Assembly (NCBI GenBank): GCA_963727445.1
Contig: CAVSGI010000002.1
Span: 1 to 64,000 of the forward strand
Source: an uncultured delta proteobacterium
GTDB lineage: Bacteria; Myxococcota_A; Polyangia; Polyangiales; B10-G4
Length of the DNA: 64,000 bases
Direction: 5' to 3'
The translations under genes and the position numbers were made by a program. The notes beneath the pieces were generated by a model. It ran no database searches and was not told where the DNA came from. It saw only the letters and a list, made by a program, of their open reading frames with translations. How positions within the stretch are numbered: position 1 is the first letter of the stretch; every line of letters starts with the position of its first letter. This document shows, in pieces, positions 29,328 through 43,013 of this stretch.

Positions 29328-30692
29328 ATGGCGAAACGGCCCAACCTCGTCGTCCTGCACCTGGAGAGCGTGAGCTCGGCGATCCTCGGTCGGTTCGGGG
29401 ACCAGCTCGGCCACCTGCAGAAGCTGATGGATTTGGGCACTCGCTTCGACAGCTTCTTCACCACCGCGCCCTCGTCCATCAAGTCCTTCTGCGATTTTCT
29501 CTACGGCAACACCTCGGAGATGGACGCGGTCGTCGACTGGGATGACGTGACCAATCGCCCGGCGGGCCTGGGGGACAACCTCGTCGACGCCCTGCGGCGG
29601 GCCGGTTACCGGGTGGAAGGGCATGGGTTCCCGGTCATCTGGCGCGACGACGTGAACCGCTGGGAGCTCTTCGGGCGGCCCTCCGAGTTCCGCTGGCACG
29701 AGAGCGGCGCCGCGTTTCACGAAGCGCTCGGCGCGCTCTTCGACGGCGGGGACGCTCCCTTCGCGCTCTATCTCTGGGATCTCCGCAGCCATCTCAGCTA
29801 CAGCGACGCCGACAAGCCGGCCGAGCTGCCGGGGTTCGAGCGCATCCGACGTGGCTACCAGGCCACCGACGAGACCCTGGGCCGGGTCCTCGAGGCGCTC
29901 GAGAGCCGAGGGAGGCTCGAGGACACGATCGTCGTCGCCTACGGCGACCACGGCGACGAGCTCTGGACGCACGGGCTGTACTTCGGTTTCTGCCACGCCT
30001 TCGAGCCGTACACCGACGTCATCCGCACACCCGCCGTGATCTACGACCCCCGCCGAGGGCCGACTCGGGTCGATGGCGTCGTGAGCCTGATCGATCTCAA
30101 GCCGACCATCCTCTCTCTGCTCGGCGCCCTGGACGAGGCAGCCCCGCGGTGGGACGCGGGCGTCGACGCGCTGTCGGGCGAACGCCGCTTCGCGCACTGC
30201 CAGAGTCTCTTCGCCAATCAGCAGCCCAACAAGGCGCTGCCGAAGTGCTTCTCGGTGACCGACCACGACTATCACCTGATCGCGAGCAGCCGTGGGCTCG
30301 AGCTCTACGCACACCGGATGGATCCCACCAACCACTGCAACCTGCTGAGCTTCTTTCACTACGAGGAGGGACGCCTGCGCTTCGACGACCAGGGAGCGAC
30401 CCACTCGCACATGCGAAACACGCTCAACGAGGCTCAGCGAGCGGAGATCGAAACGCGCTTCCTGGCGCTGCGCGACGAGCTCTGTGAGCTCCTTCGGCAG
30501 AAGTACGCACCTTTCGGGGACGGGCTCCGCCACGGGTTCGACGCGCGCGGCCTCTTGCGTGTACGCCCCCGCGAGCACACCTGGAACCGCTCCCACCTGC
30601 TGACCGAGGCGGAGCAGAGCGAGGTGCGCGCCGAAACGCGCGCCTTCCTCGCAGGCAAAGGCGACTACGCGCTGTTGCGCCGAGGGTCATGA
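29328..30692 (+). CDS. Sulfatase-like / alkaline-phosphatase-superfamily hydrolase or transferase
   Basis: PNLVVLHLES, AYGDHGDE, IRTPAVI, SLIDLKPTIL; no CxPxR motif. Confidence 0.8.
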   Translation: MAKRPNLVVLHLESVSSAILGRFGDQLGHLQKLMDLGTRFDSFFTTAPSSIKSFCDFLYGNTSEMDAVVDWDDVTNRPAGLGDNLVDALRRAGYRVEGHGFPVIWRDDVNRWELFGRPSEFRWHESGAAFHEALGALFDGGDAPFALYLWDLRSHLSYSDADKPAELPGFERIRRGYQATDETLGRVLEALESRGRLEDTIVVAYGDHGDELWTHGLYFGFCHAFEPYTDVIRTPAVIYDPRRGPTRVDGVVSLIDLKPTILSLLGALDEAAPRWDAGVDALSGERRFAHCQSLFANQQPNKALPKCFSVTDHDYHLIASSRGLELYAHRMDPTNHCNLLSFFHYEEGRLRFDDQGATHSHMRNTLNEAQRAEIETRFLALRDELCELLRQKYAPFGDGLRHGFDARGLLRVRPREHTWNRSHLLTEAEQSEVRAETRAFLAGKGDYALLRRGS

Positions 30693-31630
30693 GCTACCGG
30701 CTCCTCGTGACGAGCATGGGCTCGACCGCGGCGCAGAACCTGGCGAGATTTCTGCTCTCCCACGCCCCGGATCGCTACACCGTCATCGGCGCCGACGCAC
30801 AGCCGGAGCATGGGGGCCTCGGTCTGGCGAGCGAGGACGTGGTCGTCCCTCTCGGAACTGATCCGGGTTATGCCGCCGCTGTGGCCGCGCTCGCGCGAGC
30901 GCACGCAGCCGACGCGGTGGTCCCGGTGATGGAGCCGGAGCTCGCGGCCCTCGCGACGCCGAACGCCTGGCCAGCGGACGCGCCGCCGCTCCTGCTCTCG
31001 TCGGAGGAGGGGATCCGCATCTGCGCCTCGAAGCGCGCCCTCGCCGAGCGACTCGCATCGGTGGGCGTGCCCACGCCGCGCGTCTTCGACGAGGACGCGG
31101 CGGCTTCGCTCCCGCTCTTCGCGAAGCCCGATCGGGGAACCGGGAGCCAGGGTGCGTTCCGCATCGACCGCCGCGAGCAGCTGGCGGTGGCGCGCACCTC
31201 GCCGAGGCCGCTGGTGGTGACGGAGTACCTCGCCGGCGTCGAGCACAGCGTCGATGGCATCGCGCAGGGCGATCACTCTCTGCTGCAGGCCGTCGCCCGC
31301 ACGCGCGACGAGGTGAAGCACGGCCTCTCGACCCGCTCGCGCGTCGTCGCTCTGAAGCCGGAGGTGGAGGCGCACGTGGCGACCATCGCGCGGACCCTGG
31401 GCCTCCGCGGCTTCTTCAACGTGCAGTTCATCGATGTCGTGGGGCGTGGCCCGGTCTTCACCGATGTGAACCCCCGCCTGGGCGGAGCGATGATCCTCTC
31501 CTTCGAAGCGGGCCTGCCGGCCATTGCCTTCCTCGACGCGTGGCTCTCGGGCGGTCCCCCTCCGCCACGCGCGCCCATTCGCGAGGGCCTTCGCCTGTTC
31601 CGCCGGTGGCACGACCGCTTCGTGGAGTGA
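30689..31630 (+). CDS. ATP-grasp domain protein
   Basis: PLFAKPDRGTGSQG, VTEYLAGVEHSVD, FFNVQF, DVNPRLGG; ATGA overlap. Confidence 0.85.
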   Translation: MSYRLLVTSMGSTAAQNLARFLLSHAPDRYTVIGADAQPEHGGLGLASEDVVVPLGTDPGYAAAVAALARAHAADAVVPVMEPELAALATPNAWPADAPPLLLSSEEGIRICASKRALAERLASVGVPTPRVFDEDAAASLPLFAKPDRGTGSQGAFRIDRREQLAVARTSPRPLVVTEYLAGVEHSVDGIAQGDHSLLQAVARTRDEVKHGLSTRSRVVALKPEVEAHVATIARTLGLRGFFNVQFIDVVGRGPVFTDVNPRLGGAMILSFEAGLPAIAFLDAWLSGGPPPPRAPIREGLRLFRRWHDRFVE

Positions 31631-31631
31631 C

Positions 31632-32321
31632 GTGGGCGAGCCCTGGTCCAGCGTTCGGGTGGTCGTCTTCGACATCGACGACACCCTCTTCCTCGAGGAG
31701 GACTACATCCGGAGCGGCTTCGCCGCGGTGTCGCGATGGCTCTCGGCACACCGCGGGCTGCAGGGATTCGCCGAGCGCTGCTGGGCGCTGCACGCGTCGG
31801 GCGTTCGCGGCGACATCTTCGATCGGGCCCTGTCGGAGATGGGCTCCCCCGCCGACCCGGCGCTCGTGGCCTCGCTCGTCACGCGCTACAGGGGCCACGC
31901 CCCGGCGATCACACTCCCGCCGGACGCGCGCCGGGCCCTCATCGCGCTGGGGAAAGAGCACGCGCTCGCGGCGGTGAGCGATGGTCCCCTGGTCTGTCAG
32001 GAGGCGAAGGTCGCGGCCCTCGGCCTGTCGGCCTGGCTCGACCCCATCGTTCTCACGGGCCGATTCGCGGAGGGCCAGGGCAAGCCCCACCCGAGAGCTT
32101 TTCGCGCGGTCGAGAACGCCACCTCCTGCGATGGTGCGCAGCTCCTCTACGTCGCCGACAACCCGACCAAGGACTTCCGGGCCCCGCGGAACCTCGGGTG
32201 GCGTACCGTCCGGGTGCGACGCGACCGGGGCCTGTACCGCGCGCTTCCGCACGAGCCGAACGAGGTCGATGCCGTCGTCGAGGACCTCGACGCGCTGGTT
32301 GCCCTCCTCGTACGGCGATAG
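31632..32321 (+). CDS. HAD-superfamily hydrolase
   Basis: VVFDIDDTL (DxD), VSDG, GKPHP, YVADNPTKD. Confidence 0.88.
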   Translation: MGEPWSSVRVVVFDIDDTLFLEEDYIRSGFAAVSRWLSAHRGLQGFAERCWALHASGVRGDIFDRALSEMGSPADPALVASLVTRYRGHAPAITLPPDARRALIALGKEHALAAVSDGPLVCQEAKVAALGLSAWLDPIVLTGRFAEGQGKPHPRAFRAVENATSCDGAQLLYVADNPTKDFRAPRNLGWRTVRVRRDRGLYRALPHEPNEVDAVVEDLDALVALLVRR

Positions 32322-32411
32322 CCCGAGGCCGAGCCGGGCGGGTCTTCGAGCCTGCCCGCGATCTTGTGCTCCTCTTCGCGGGCCGATTCTGGCAATGTCC
32401 CGACTGCCAAG

Positions 32412-32903
32412 ATGCACCTCTACCTCATCCGCCATGCCATCGCCGTTCCGCGCGCAGACGAGTCTCTCGACCACGCGCGGCCGCTCACCGCGAAGGGCCG
32501 CGACCGCTTCTCGCGATCGGTCCAAACGCTCGAGACGCTCGGCGTGAAGCTGGATCGCGTCTATCACAGCCCCTGGGTGCGGGCGCGGCAGACGGCGGAG
32601 CTCCTCGGACCCATCGCCTCGGGGGAGCTCGTCGAGACCGAAGGGCTCGCACGCTCGCCGGACGAGACGCTCCTCGAAGAGATCCGCGGCGAGCACGTCG
32701 CGCTCGTCGGTCACGAGCCGTGGATGGGCGAGCTCCTGGCGCTTCTGCTCGTCGGCGAACGCGACAAGGGGCTCCTCTTCCACTTCAAGAAGGGCAGCAT
32801 CGGCCACCTCGAAGGGATCGCGAGCCCCGGCGGCTGCGAGCTTCACACTCTGTGGGATCCCAAGGTTTTGCGGATGGCATCGGCCATGAACGCCGCCACC
32901 TGA
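32412..32903 (+). CDS. sixA: Phosphohistidine phosphatase SixA
   Basis: LYLIRHAIA, RPLT..G, SPWVRARQTAE, LVGHEPWM. Confidence 0.88.
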   Translation: MHLYLIRHAIAVPRADESLDHARPLTAKGRDRFSRSVQTLETLGVKLDRVYHSPWVRARQTAELLGPIASGELVETEGLARSPDETLLEEIRGEHVALVGHEPWMGELLALLLVGERDKGLLFHFKKGSIGHLEGIASPGGCELHTLWDPKVLRMASAMNAAT

Positions 32904-32976
32904 CACCACGCTGTCAGCAGCCGAACGCACTGAACCTTCGTCCAGGCCGCCTTCTCGTGGTAGGGGATCGGTCCCC

Positions 32977-35949
<2,973 letters not shown>

Positions 35950-35978
<29 letters not shown>

Positions 35979-37590
35979 GGTGCGGCTCACCGCCGGGCGC
36001 CGGCGGGTAGTCGGCTGGTGGCGGAAAGAGACTCACGCGGCCGCGCCGTCCGTCCGCGCGCAGCGCCGCCCGGAGGTAGCGCTCGAACTTCGGCTGGGTG
36101 AGGCGCCGATCGTTGCTGGTGCAGAGCACGCGACCCCCACGGCCGGTCACCGCGAGCGCCCGGGTCGCCAGATCCACCCAGGACTTGCCGCTCGTCCAGC
36201 GGCTGCCGCGCGTCTTCGAATAGGTGGGTGGGTCGACGATCACCAGGTCGAATCGCTCGTCCCCGCGGGCCATGTCGTCGAGCACGTCGAAGACATCGGC
36301 CTTGAGGAAGAGATGCTCTCCACCTCCGCCGGCGTTGTCGACGTTCGCACGACCCATCTCGAGCGCGGGCCCGGACACGTCGACGCTCACGGTCTTCTCC
36401 GCGCCCGCGGCCGAAGCCGCCACCGTGAAGGGGCACGAGTAGGCGAAGAGATTCAGCACGCTCTTTCCCGGCGCCCAGCCGCGCACCCGCCCGCGGTTGT
36501 CGCGCTGGTCGAGGAATATGCCGGTGCTGAGGCCGTCGCCGAGCCGCGCCAGGTAGGGGACGCCTTCCTCGAGGATGACCATCTCGAAGGGCGCGTCTTC
36601 GCCGCGCACCGCGTTCGCAGGAGCGATTTCGTCGCGGCGGGTGTCGACGAGCTCGTTCGCCTGCACCGTCCGGCGCTTGAGGTAGACGCCGGCGGCGCCG
36701 AGGCCGGCGAGGGCATCGAGGACTCGCTCCTCTGGAACGGGGAGCAGATCTGGATAGACGTGCGCGACGAGGTGGTCGCCGTAGACGTCCACCGCCAGAC
36801 CGCTGATCCCGTCACCGACTCCGTCGACGATGCGAAAGGCGTTGGTCTGCGCGCGCCCGTCGACGCTCGCCGCCAACCCCCATCGGAGCGCCGCCGCCGC
36901 GCGTAGCCGCGCGACGAGCGCCTCGGTCGTATGCGGCCAGGGATTGGCCCCCTCCGCGAGAAAGCCGAGAAGCTCCTCTGGCATGTCGGAGCGAACCTCC
37001 GACGCGCCATCGAGCCGCACCGCCGCCGAGTGAAGCATGAGACGCCGCGCGGCGGGCCCATTGCGCTGGCGATCCCCAGCGATGGGCGCGCCCACGGCGG
37101 CGAGCTGCGCGCGGAGCTGCGCCGGACGCCCGGCCTCGATCACCAACTCCACCAGCGACACGCCCGGGCCTCGCTCCCGCACCCGGAGGGAGGTGACCGC
37201 TGTCGCTGCGTCGCCCTTCGCGGGCTCGGCGGCGAGGCCGCGGCGCGTCTTGCGAATCCGATGCTCGAGCAATCCATCGCGGATCCGGTCGCCTCGGACC
37301 ACCGCGAGCCAGGCGGTGGTCGAGGGCCCCTTCTCCGCCGCCCGCGCGAGGCGTCGCCGAGCCTCCTTGGTCTCGCCGAAGAGCACCAGGCCCGACGCCG
37401 ACACGTCGAGGGGCGATGGACAAGAGGGCTCGGAGCTGCGCGCGCGGCCCAGACGCGTCGCCAGGTCCCCCGTGGTGGTCCCGCGGGCGCCCAGACAGGG
37501 GATGCCGGCCGGCTTGTCGACGACGACCACCCCGTCCTCGACGCCCGCGACCCACCCCTCGGGCACCGCTGGAAAGAGTGCGCCCTGCAT
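35950..37590 (-). CDS. Fusion of a degenerate RluA-like pseudouridine synthase domain and an RlmI/RlmK-type SAM methyltransferase
   Basis: N-terminal [33 protein letters not shown]-terminal [31 protein letters not shown] coupling at 37590. Confidence 0.8.
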
Positions 37591-39447
37591 CAGCACGACG
37601 ACGGGTTACGGCAGGTGTGGTCGCGCGCACAGCACACGTCCATCATCTTGCACGCGTCCTTGTTCGGGTCGGTCGCCATCTCGTCGTCGTAGCAGCGACA
37701 GAGGCCTCCGTCGCACTGCTCGCCCGTGCCGCACTGAGACCCACACCGACTGCAGTTGTTGGGATCGGTCGACAGAATCCACGCAGCGGCCACCGCAACA
37801 GCTCAGCGACCCTCCGCAGGGCAGGCCCGTACCGCAAACGCAGTTCCCGTCCACGCAGGCGTCGGCGCGCTCGCGCTCGCACGCGTTGCCGCACGCCCCG
37901 CAGTTGTCGAAGTCCGCCGAGAAGTCGCGACACCCGCTCGCGCTCCCCCCGCCGTTGCAGCAGACCAGGCCCCCATCACAGGGCAATTCGTCGCGACCGT
38001 TGGTGCTGCATTTGCAGACGCCGTCGACGCATTGGTCCGTGCGGAGGGAGGGGCAAGCCATCCCACAGCCGCCGCAGTGGCGCATGTCGGTGGAGAAGTC
38101 GACCACCTCCGTGCCGCCGGCGAGCGTTCGGATGCAGGCGCTGCCATCCAAGGCGGCATCCTCGTCGACCACGCCGTCGCAGTCCTCGTCGGTGCCGTCG
38201 CAGGTCTCCATCACACCGGGATTTCGCGCGGGATCGCCTTCGCAGACGATGTAGCCGCCGATCTCCACCCAACCGTCACGGTCCGGGTCCGGGCACCCCT
38301 CGTCGACGCTGCCATCGCAGTCTTCGTCGACGCTGCCGTCGCAGTACTCGGGAGCGTCGGGGTAGATGTCGGCGCGCGTGTCGTCGCAGTCTCGCCCGCC
38401 ACTCGCCAGGGCCCGCACGCCGTCGTGATCCGCGTCTCCGTCCTGGCACATCAGGTCCATCATGTTGCAGTCCTGATCGACGCCATCCATGCACCGCTCC
38501 GGCGCGCCCGGATAGGACGCCGGATCGCAGTCGTTGCAGTCGCCATCAGCCGGAAGGAAGCCGTCGGCATCCAGGTCGTCCGGCGAGCAGCCTTCATTGA
38601 TCGCCCCGTCACAGTTGTCGTCGGCGGGAGTGTCGCAATCCTCCATGGCGTCGGGATTGATGTCGGGGTTCGTGTCGTCGCAATCCGGAACGCCACCGGT
38701 CTCCACGCTCGCGACGAACCCGTCGTCGTCTCGATCGCAGAGCGCGCCCTCGCGACCGTCGCAGTTGAAGTCCGCGGTGGAGGGGCACCCCTCGTCGATG
38801 CCGGGGTTGAAGCTCGGATCGTTGTCGTTGCAGTCACAGGTGCCGTCGACGGTTCCGGGCGGACACGCGCGGTAGCCGTCCATGTCGACGTCGGGGCACT
38901 CTTCGGTCATCCCATCGCAGTTGAAGTCTGCGCCGCAGGTCTCGTTGGCCCCGGGGTTGATCGACGAGTCGGTGTCGTTGCAATCGGCGAAGGCCGCCGG
39001 GCACGCGAGCGAGGGACAACCTTCGCCACAGCCCGCGGCGAGATCCGACGGCCATCCGTCCCCATCGTTGTCGGCGACCGAGATCGGCACCAGCGAGAAG
39101 GTGTCCCGAACCACGGCGTCGACCTGGTAGCAGCGAAAGGCGCTATGGGTCGCGCGGCCGCCGACCTCGCGCGACACCAGGCGCACCGCCACCGGCATCG
39201 GTCCCGGCAGGGTGATCGCCACCTGCAGCGGCTCCTCCGCGATCATGTCCGCGTCCCGCGCGATCATCCGCCGCTCGATCTCCGAGCCACCCGCCCGGTC
39301 TAGGGAGCGCACCTGGACCTCGAGCTCGTCCACGTATGCGTCGACCGTCACCTTCAACAGGAGGGAGTACTCCTCGCGCTCGCAGCCCTGCGTCATCGGG
39401 CCAGCCAAGAAGAGGAAGAAGAAGACCGCGGGGCCGAGACGCCGCAT
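37590..39447 (-). CDS. Cys-rich lipoprotein with DCND..INPG..E.C..D.NCDG repeats and D..NCG.CG repeats; frameshift near 37776
   Basis: TQG-C lipobox; about six metal-binding repeats; C-terminus continues in ORF 37590..37793 (LSTDPNNCSRCG). Confidence 0.8.
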
Positions 39448-39476
39448 GGCGTGATCCTAGCAGGCCGAGCCGCGAG

Positions 39477-41882
39477 TCAGTAACCGCGCTCGCGAAGCTC
39501 TTCAGGGACGAGCTCCGACGGCTCGCCGGTGGTCGTCACCCAGAGCTGGTGGGCGGCTCGGGTCGCGGCGATGTGGAGCAGATGACGGGCCTCGTCCTGG
39601 TCCGGATAGGACGCAGTGCTCACTTCGAGGAGAACCACGTAGTCGAACTCGAGCCCCTTGACCTGACGCACGTCGGTGACGTCGACCCCCGGCTTGAAGG
39701 GGAAGTCCTAATCCGCAATCCGCCGGAGGTTCGGGACCTCGGCGTTCTCGAGGCCGCGGAAGTAGATGTCCGCCTGCTCGGGGTAGCGCGCGATCACCGC
39801 TACCGAGGCCTGGGGCTCGGAGGCGACGAGGTCGCGGAGCGCCTCACCGAGGAAGCCCACCGCATCGCCGGAGTGGGCGAATCGGAAGAGCTCCACCGGC
39901 ACGCCGCGGCGGGTGGCGCGGCCGGGCTCCTCGTTCTGCAGTGGCCCCAGGACCGCGTTGGCGAACTCGATGATCTCGTGGGTGGAGCGATAGCTCAGCT
40001 TGAGCGGCTCCACCTTCACGTGGTCGAGGCCGAGATCGGCGAGCACGCCCCGCCAGTCGCTGAAGCCGTTGTAGAGGTGAAGCCGCTGCGCGAGGTCGCC
40101 GGCGAGGGTGACGCTCTGCTGCTCGGAGACGGTGTCGAGAACCACGCTCATCTCCACCGGGCTCAGATCCTGTGCCTCGTCGATGAAGACGTGCTCGTAA
40201 CGCAGCACGTCTCGCTTTCTACCGAGCCCGCCGCGCATCTGCTGAACCAAGCGGAGCAGGAGGGTGTCGTCCTCGCGATCGAGGGCCACCGGCTCGGTCT
40301 CCATGGCGCCGTCGATCCCCCGGTTCCGATCGTCGTCGTCGTCGTCGCGCTCTTCTCCCTTGGACCCGGCCCGCTCTCGATGGAGCATCTCCTCCTGGAA
40401 GACCACCACGCGGGGGCACTTGCGGCGGCACCATGCGAGGGCGTCGCGGAGCTCGTCCTCCTCGAAGGTTCCTGGTGCGTGACGGGCGAAGCCCCCGCGG
40501 ATGAGCTCTTCGTCGGTGAGGATCTCCGCCCACGCGCCGACCACGTCGCGGCTCGTCTTGCGAAGCGCCGACGCGGCGCGTTCGAGCGAGTGACGCGTGC
40601 TCAGCGGGATCTTCCGCCCCTCCCCCTTTTCGTTGCGCAGGAACCGCTTCAACAGATCGAGGCGGTGGGCGGGCGAGTAAGAGCGGGTGCGGCGCCACTC
40701 GGCGAGCGCGGGCGCGACCCCCTCGAGGCCGGCTGCCTCCCGCTCCATGCGCACGTCGACGTCCGCCGCGAGCTTCTTCACCCAGTCGTCGAGGATGCGG
40801 AGCATGGCGGGGCTCTTCTTGAGCCGCACCACCACCGGCGGAGTGTCCTCGTCATATGCCCGCGGAAGGCCGGCGAGATGCTTGGTGCGGAGGCGATGCG
40901 CCCAGCGCTCGTAGGTGGTGACCAGCACCCCTGGCACGCCCAGCGCCGGAAGGACGCGCGAGATGTAGCGCGCGAGCGCGTCGTTGAAGACGATCACGAG
41001 CATCCGGTCGGCGCGGAAGCGCCGATGATCCTGGAAAGCGAGGTACGCGAGGCGGTGCAGGCCTATGGTCGTCTTACCGCTGCCCGCTCCACCCTGGATC
41101 ACCACCAGCCCGGACTCGGGCGCGGTGATCAGCTCGAACTGACGCGGGTCGATGAGCGCGGCGATCTCCGACAGATGCTTGTCGTCGCCACCGGTGAGGT
41201 GCTCGACGCCGAGCTTGCCGGGCTTGTGGTGGGCCTCGGCGCGCATCGCCACGCCCTGCCCGCCCGAGAGCCGGGCGGCGCTCTCGCCCGCGCGACGCCA
41301 GACACCTTTGGCGTCGCGCACGAAGGTTCCCTGCGGCGCTCCGATCCGGCGCAGCTCGCCGCTGATGATGGCGAGGCTGCGCCGCGTGAGCACATCGCCC
41401 TCGACTTCGCGGCCGCCGAAGAACTCCTCGTAGTCGTCGCCCTCTTCGTAGCGGTAGTAGATCCGGCTCACCGGCGCGTCGCGCCAGTCGACGATGCGGA
41501 TGCCGGTCTTGTTGTCGATGAACGTCGAGCGCCCGATCAGCACCTCGCGCTTGCGCTCGCCCTCCTCGAGGACGAGTCGGCCGAAGTACGGCGAGGCGGC
41601 GTCGACCAGACCCTCCTGCACCTCGGCGCGCCGCGCCGCCACCTGCTGCAAACGCTCCATCTCCTCGATGAGGGGCGGGACGTCTTCGAGGCGCGCCTCG
41701 TTGATCTGATCACGAAGCGCGATGAGCTCCGCGTCGTAGTCGATCTGCCGGCTGCGAGGACGCGGCTTGCGCTCGGTCACGGTGCGCAGAACGCGCCTGA
41801 GGACCTTCTCCTCCTCGGAGGTGATCCGGTCGAGCTCCGTGTCGGCGTCGCTCACGCCCTCGTGGTTGGTGGTGGTGGTCAC
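39477..41882 (-). CDS. HelD-like (UvrD/SF1) ATPase; in-frame TAG at 39708-39710
   Basis: SPYFGRL, IVDWRDAPVSRIYY, GGAGSGKTTIGLHRLAYL, IDEAQD, LAGDLAQ, SYRSTHEI; after the TAG the same frame gives KGLEFD and IAATRA. Confidence 0.8.
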
Positions 41883-42098
41883 GACTGATCGTCCACACGC
41901 TTCACGGAGCGCCCTCTTCGAGTGCCACCACCCTCAGCCCGAGCTCCCGATCGAAGGGGATCTCGGCGCCGATGAAGTGCCGAGCCCTGTCCAGATGGGC
42001 GGCGTTTTCGGGGGGGGCGAGCATTTTCGAATCGTCCGGCGTAGCACGGAACCTGGCCCCCGGCAGCTCTCGGGGCCGAGGTGTTGTATCCTGTGGAG

Positions 42099-42956
42099 GT
42101 GCGCCGCCATCGGCCCCTCCTTTGCCTCGCCTTTCTCTTCGTGATCCCGCTCGGTTGCGGTGACGACGAAGGCCCTCCCGCGCTCGTCGATACGGGGGTG
42201 GTGGACAGCGGCGGCACGACCGGGGACGCCGCCCCCGACGCCACCGCTGACGCGGCCACCGACGCGACCCCTTCGGACGGCGCGCCTCCTGGCGATTCGG
42301 CCGTCGCGGACAGTGGAGCGATGGACACCGGGCCCATGGACACCGGCCCCGTCTCCATGCCCTGTACCGCCATGGGGCCCTGCGATCCCTTCGATCCGAC
42401 CAGCTGCCCCGACGGCCAGAGCTGTCAGCCTGGCGTCGGCATGACCGAGTGCGTCGACATCGACGCCACGCCCCTCGGCCTCGGTGAGACGTGCACGAGC
42501 AATGCACAGTGCGCCCCCGGGCTCCTCTGCCTGAACTTCGGCGACGGCCTGGTCTGCGAGCGCCTCTGTCCCGACGGCTCCATCGGCTTCTGCGGCGATG
42601 GCCAAGCCTGCATCGGGGCCATCGGTGGCGACATGTGCATCCGCGTCTGCCGCCCCATCCCCGAGCCCTGCAACATCTTTACCCAGGATTGCTCCGATCC
42701 CATGGACGTCTGCACCCTCTCGCGCAATCCGGAGACGGGCGAGCCCTACACCGGCTGCCGCCCCGAGGGTCCACAGGGTCTGGGCAACCCCTGTGGTGGC
42801 GATGATGGATTCTGCATGCGGGGGCTGATCTGCATCAGCGAGATGGGCATCGCCACCTGCCGTCAGGTCTGCGGCCCCGACGGGTCGGCGCCCACTTGCG
42901 ACATCGGTGATTGCACCGGCTTTGCCCGCACTTGGATGGTCCCCTACTGCCGCTGA
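42099..42956 (+). CDS. Cys-rich lipoprotein with acidic linker
   Basis: PLG-CGDD; D(S/T/A)G linker; repeated GETC..C.PGL.C..C.R.C units; TATCCT box 6 nt before the GTG. Confidence 0.8.
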   Translation: MRRHRPLLCLAFLFVIPLGCGDDEGPPALVDTGVVDSGGTTGDAAPDATADAATDATPSDGAPPGDSAVADSGAMDTGPMDTGPVSMPCTAMGPCDPFDPTSCPDGQSCQPGVGMTECVDIDATPLGLGETCTSNAQCAPGLLCLNFGDGLVCERLCPDGSIGFCGDGQACIGAIGGDMCIRVCRPIPEPCNIFTQDCSDPMDVCTLSRNPETGEPYTGCRPEGPQGLGNPCGGDDGFCMRGLICISEMGIATCRQVCGPDGSAPTCDIGDCTGFARTWMVPYCR

Positions 42957-43013
42957 TCGAGGGCCCGCGAGGAGCGTTGCCTCCCCTCGCCAATCCGCTA
43001 TGGTCCGCGCGCC

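Noticed and set aside
39336..41888. 850-aa + strand ORF
   Set aside because: Antisense to the HelD-like gene, with no recognisable motifs.
41883..42098. Rifamycin-associated element upstream of the HelD-like gene
   Set aside because: No RAE-type palindrome recognised; only a generic GC hairpin near 42055-42077.
42968..42992. SAH riboswitch (GAGGAGCGTTGC match)
   Set aside because: Downstream conserved elements are missing and the next gene is a porin, not an SAH-related gene.
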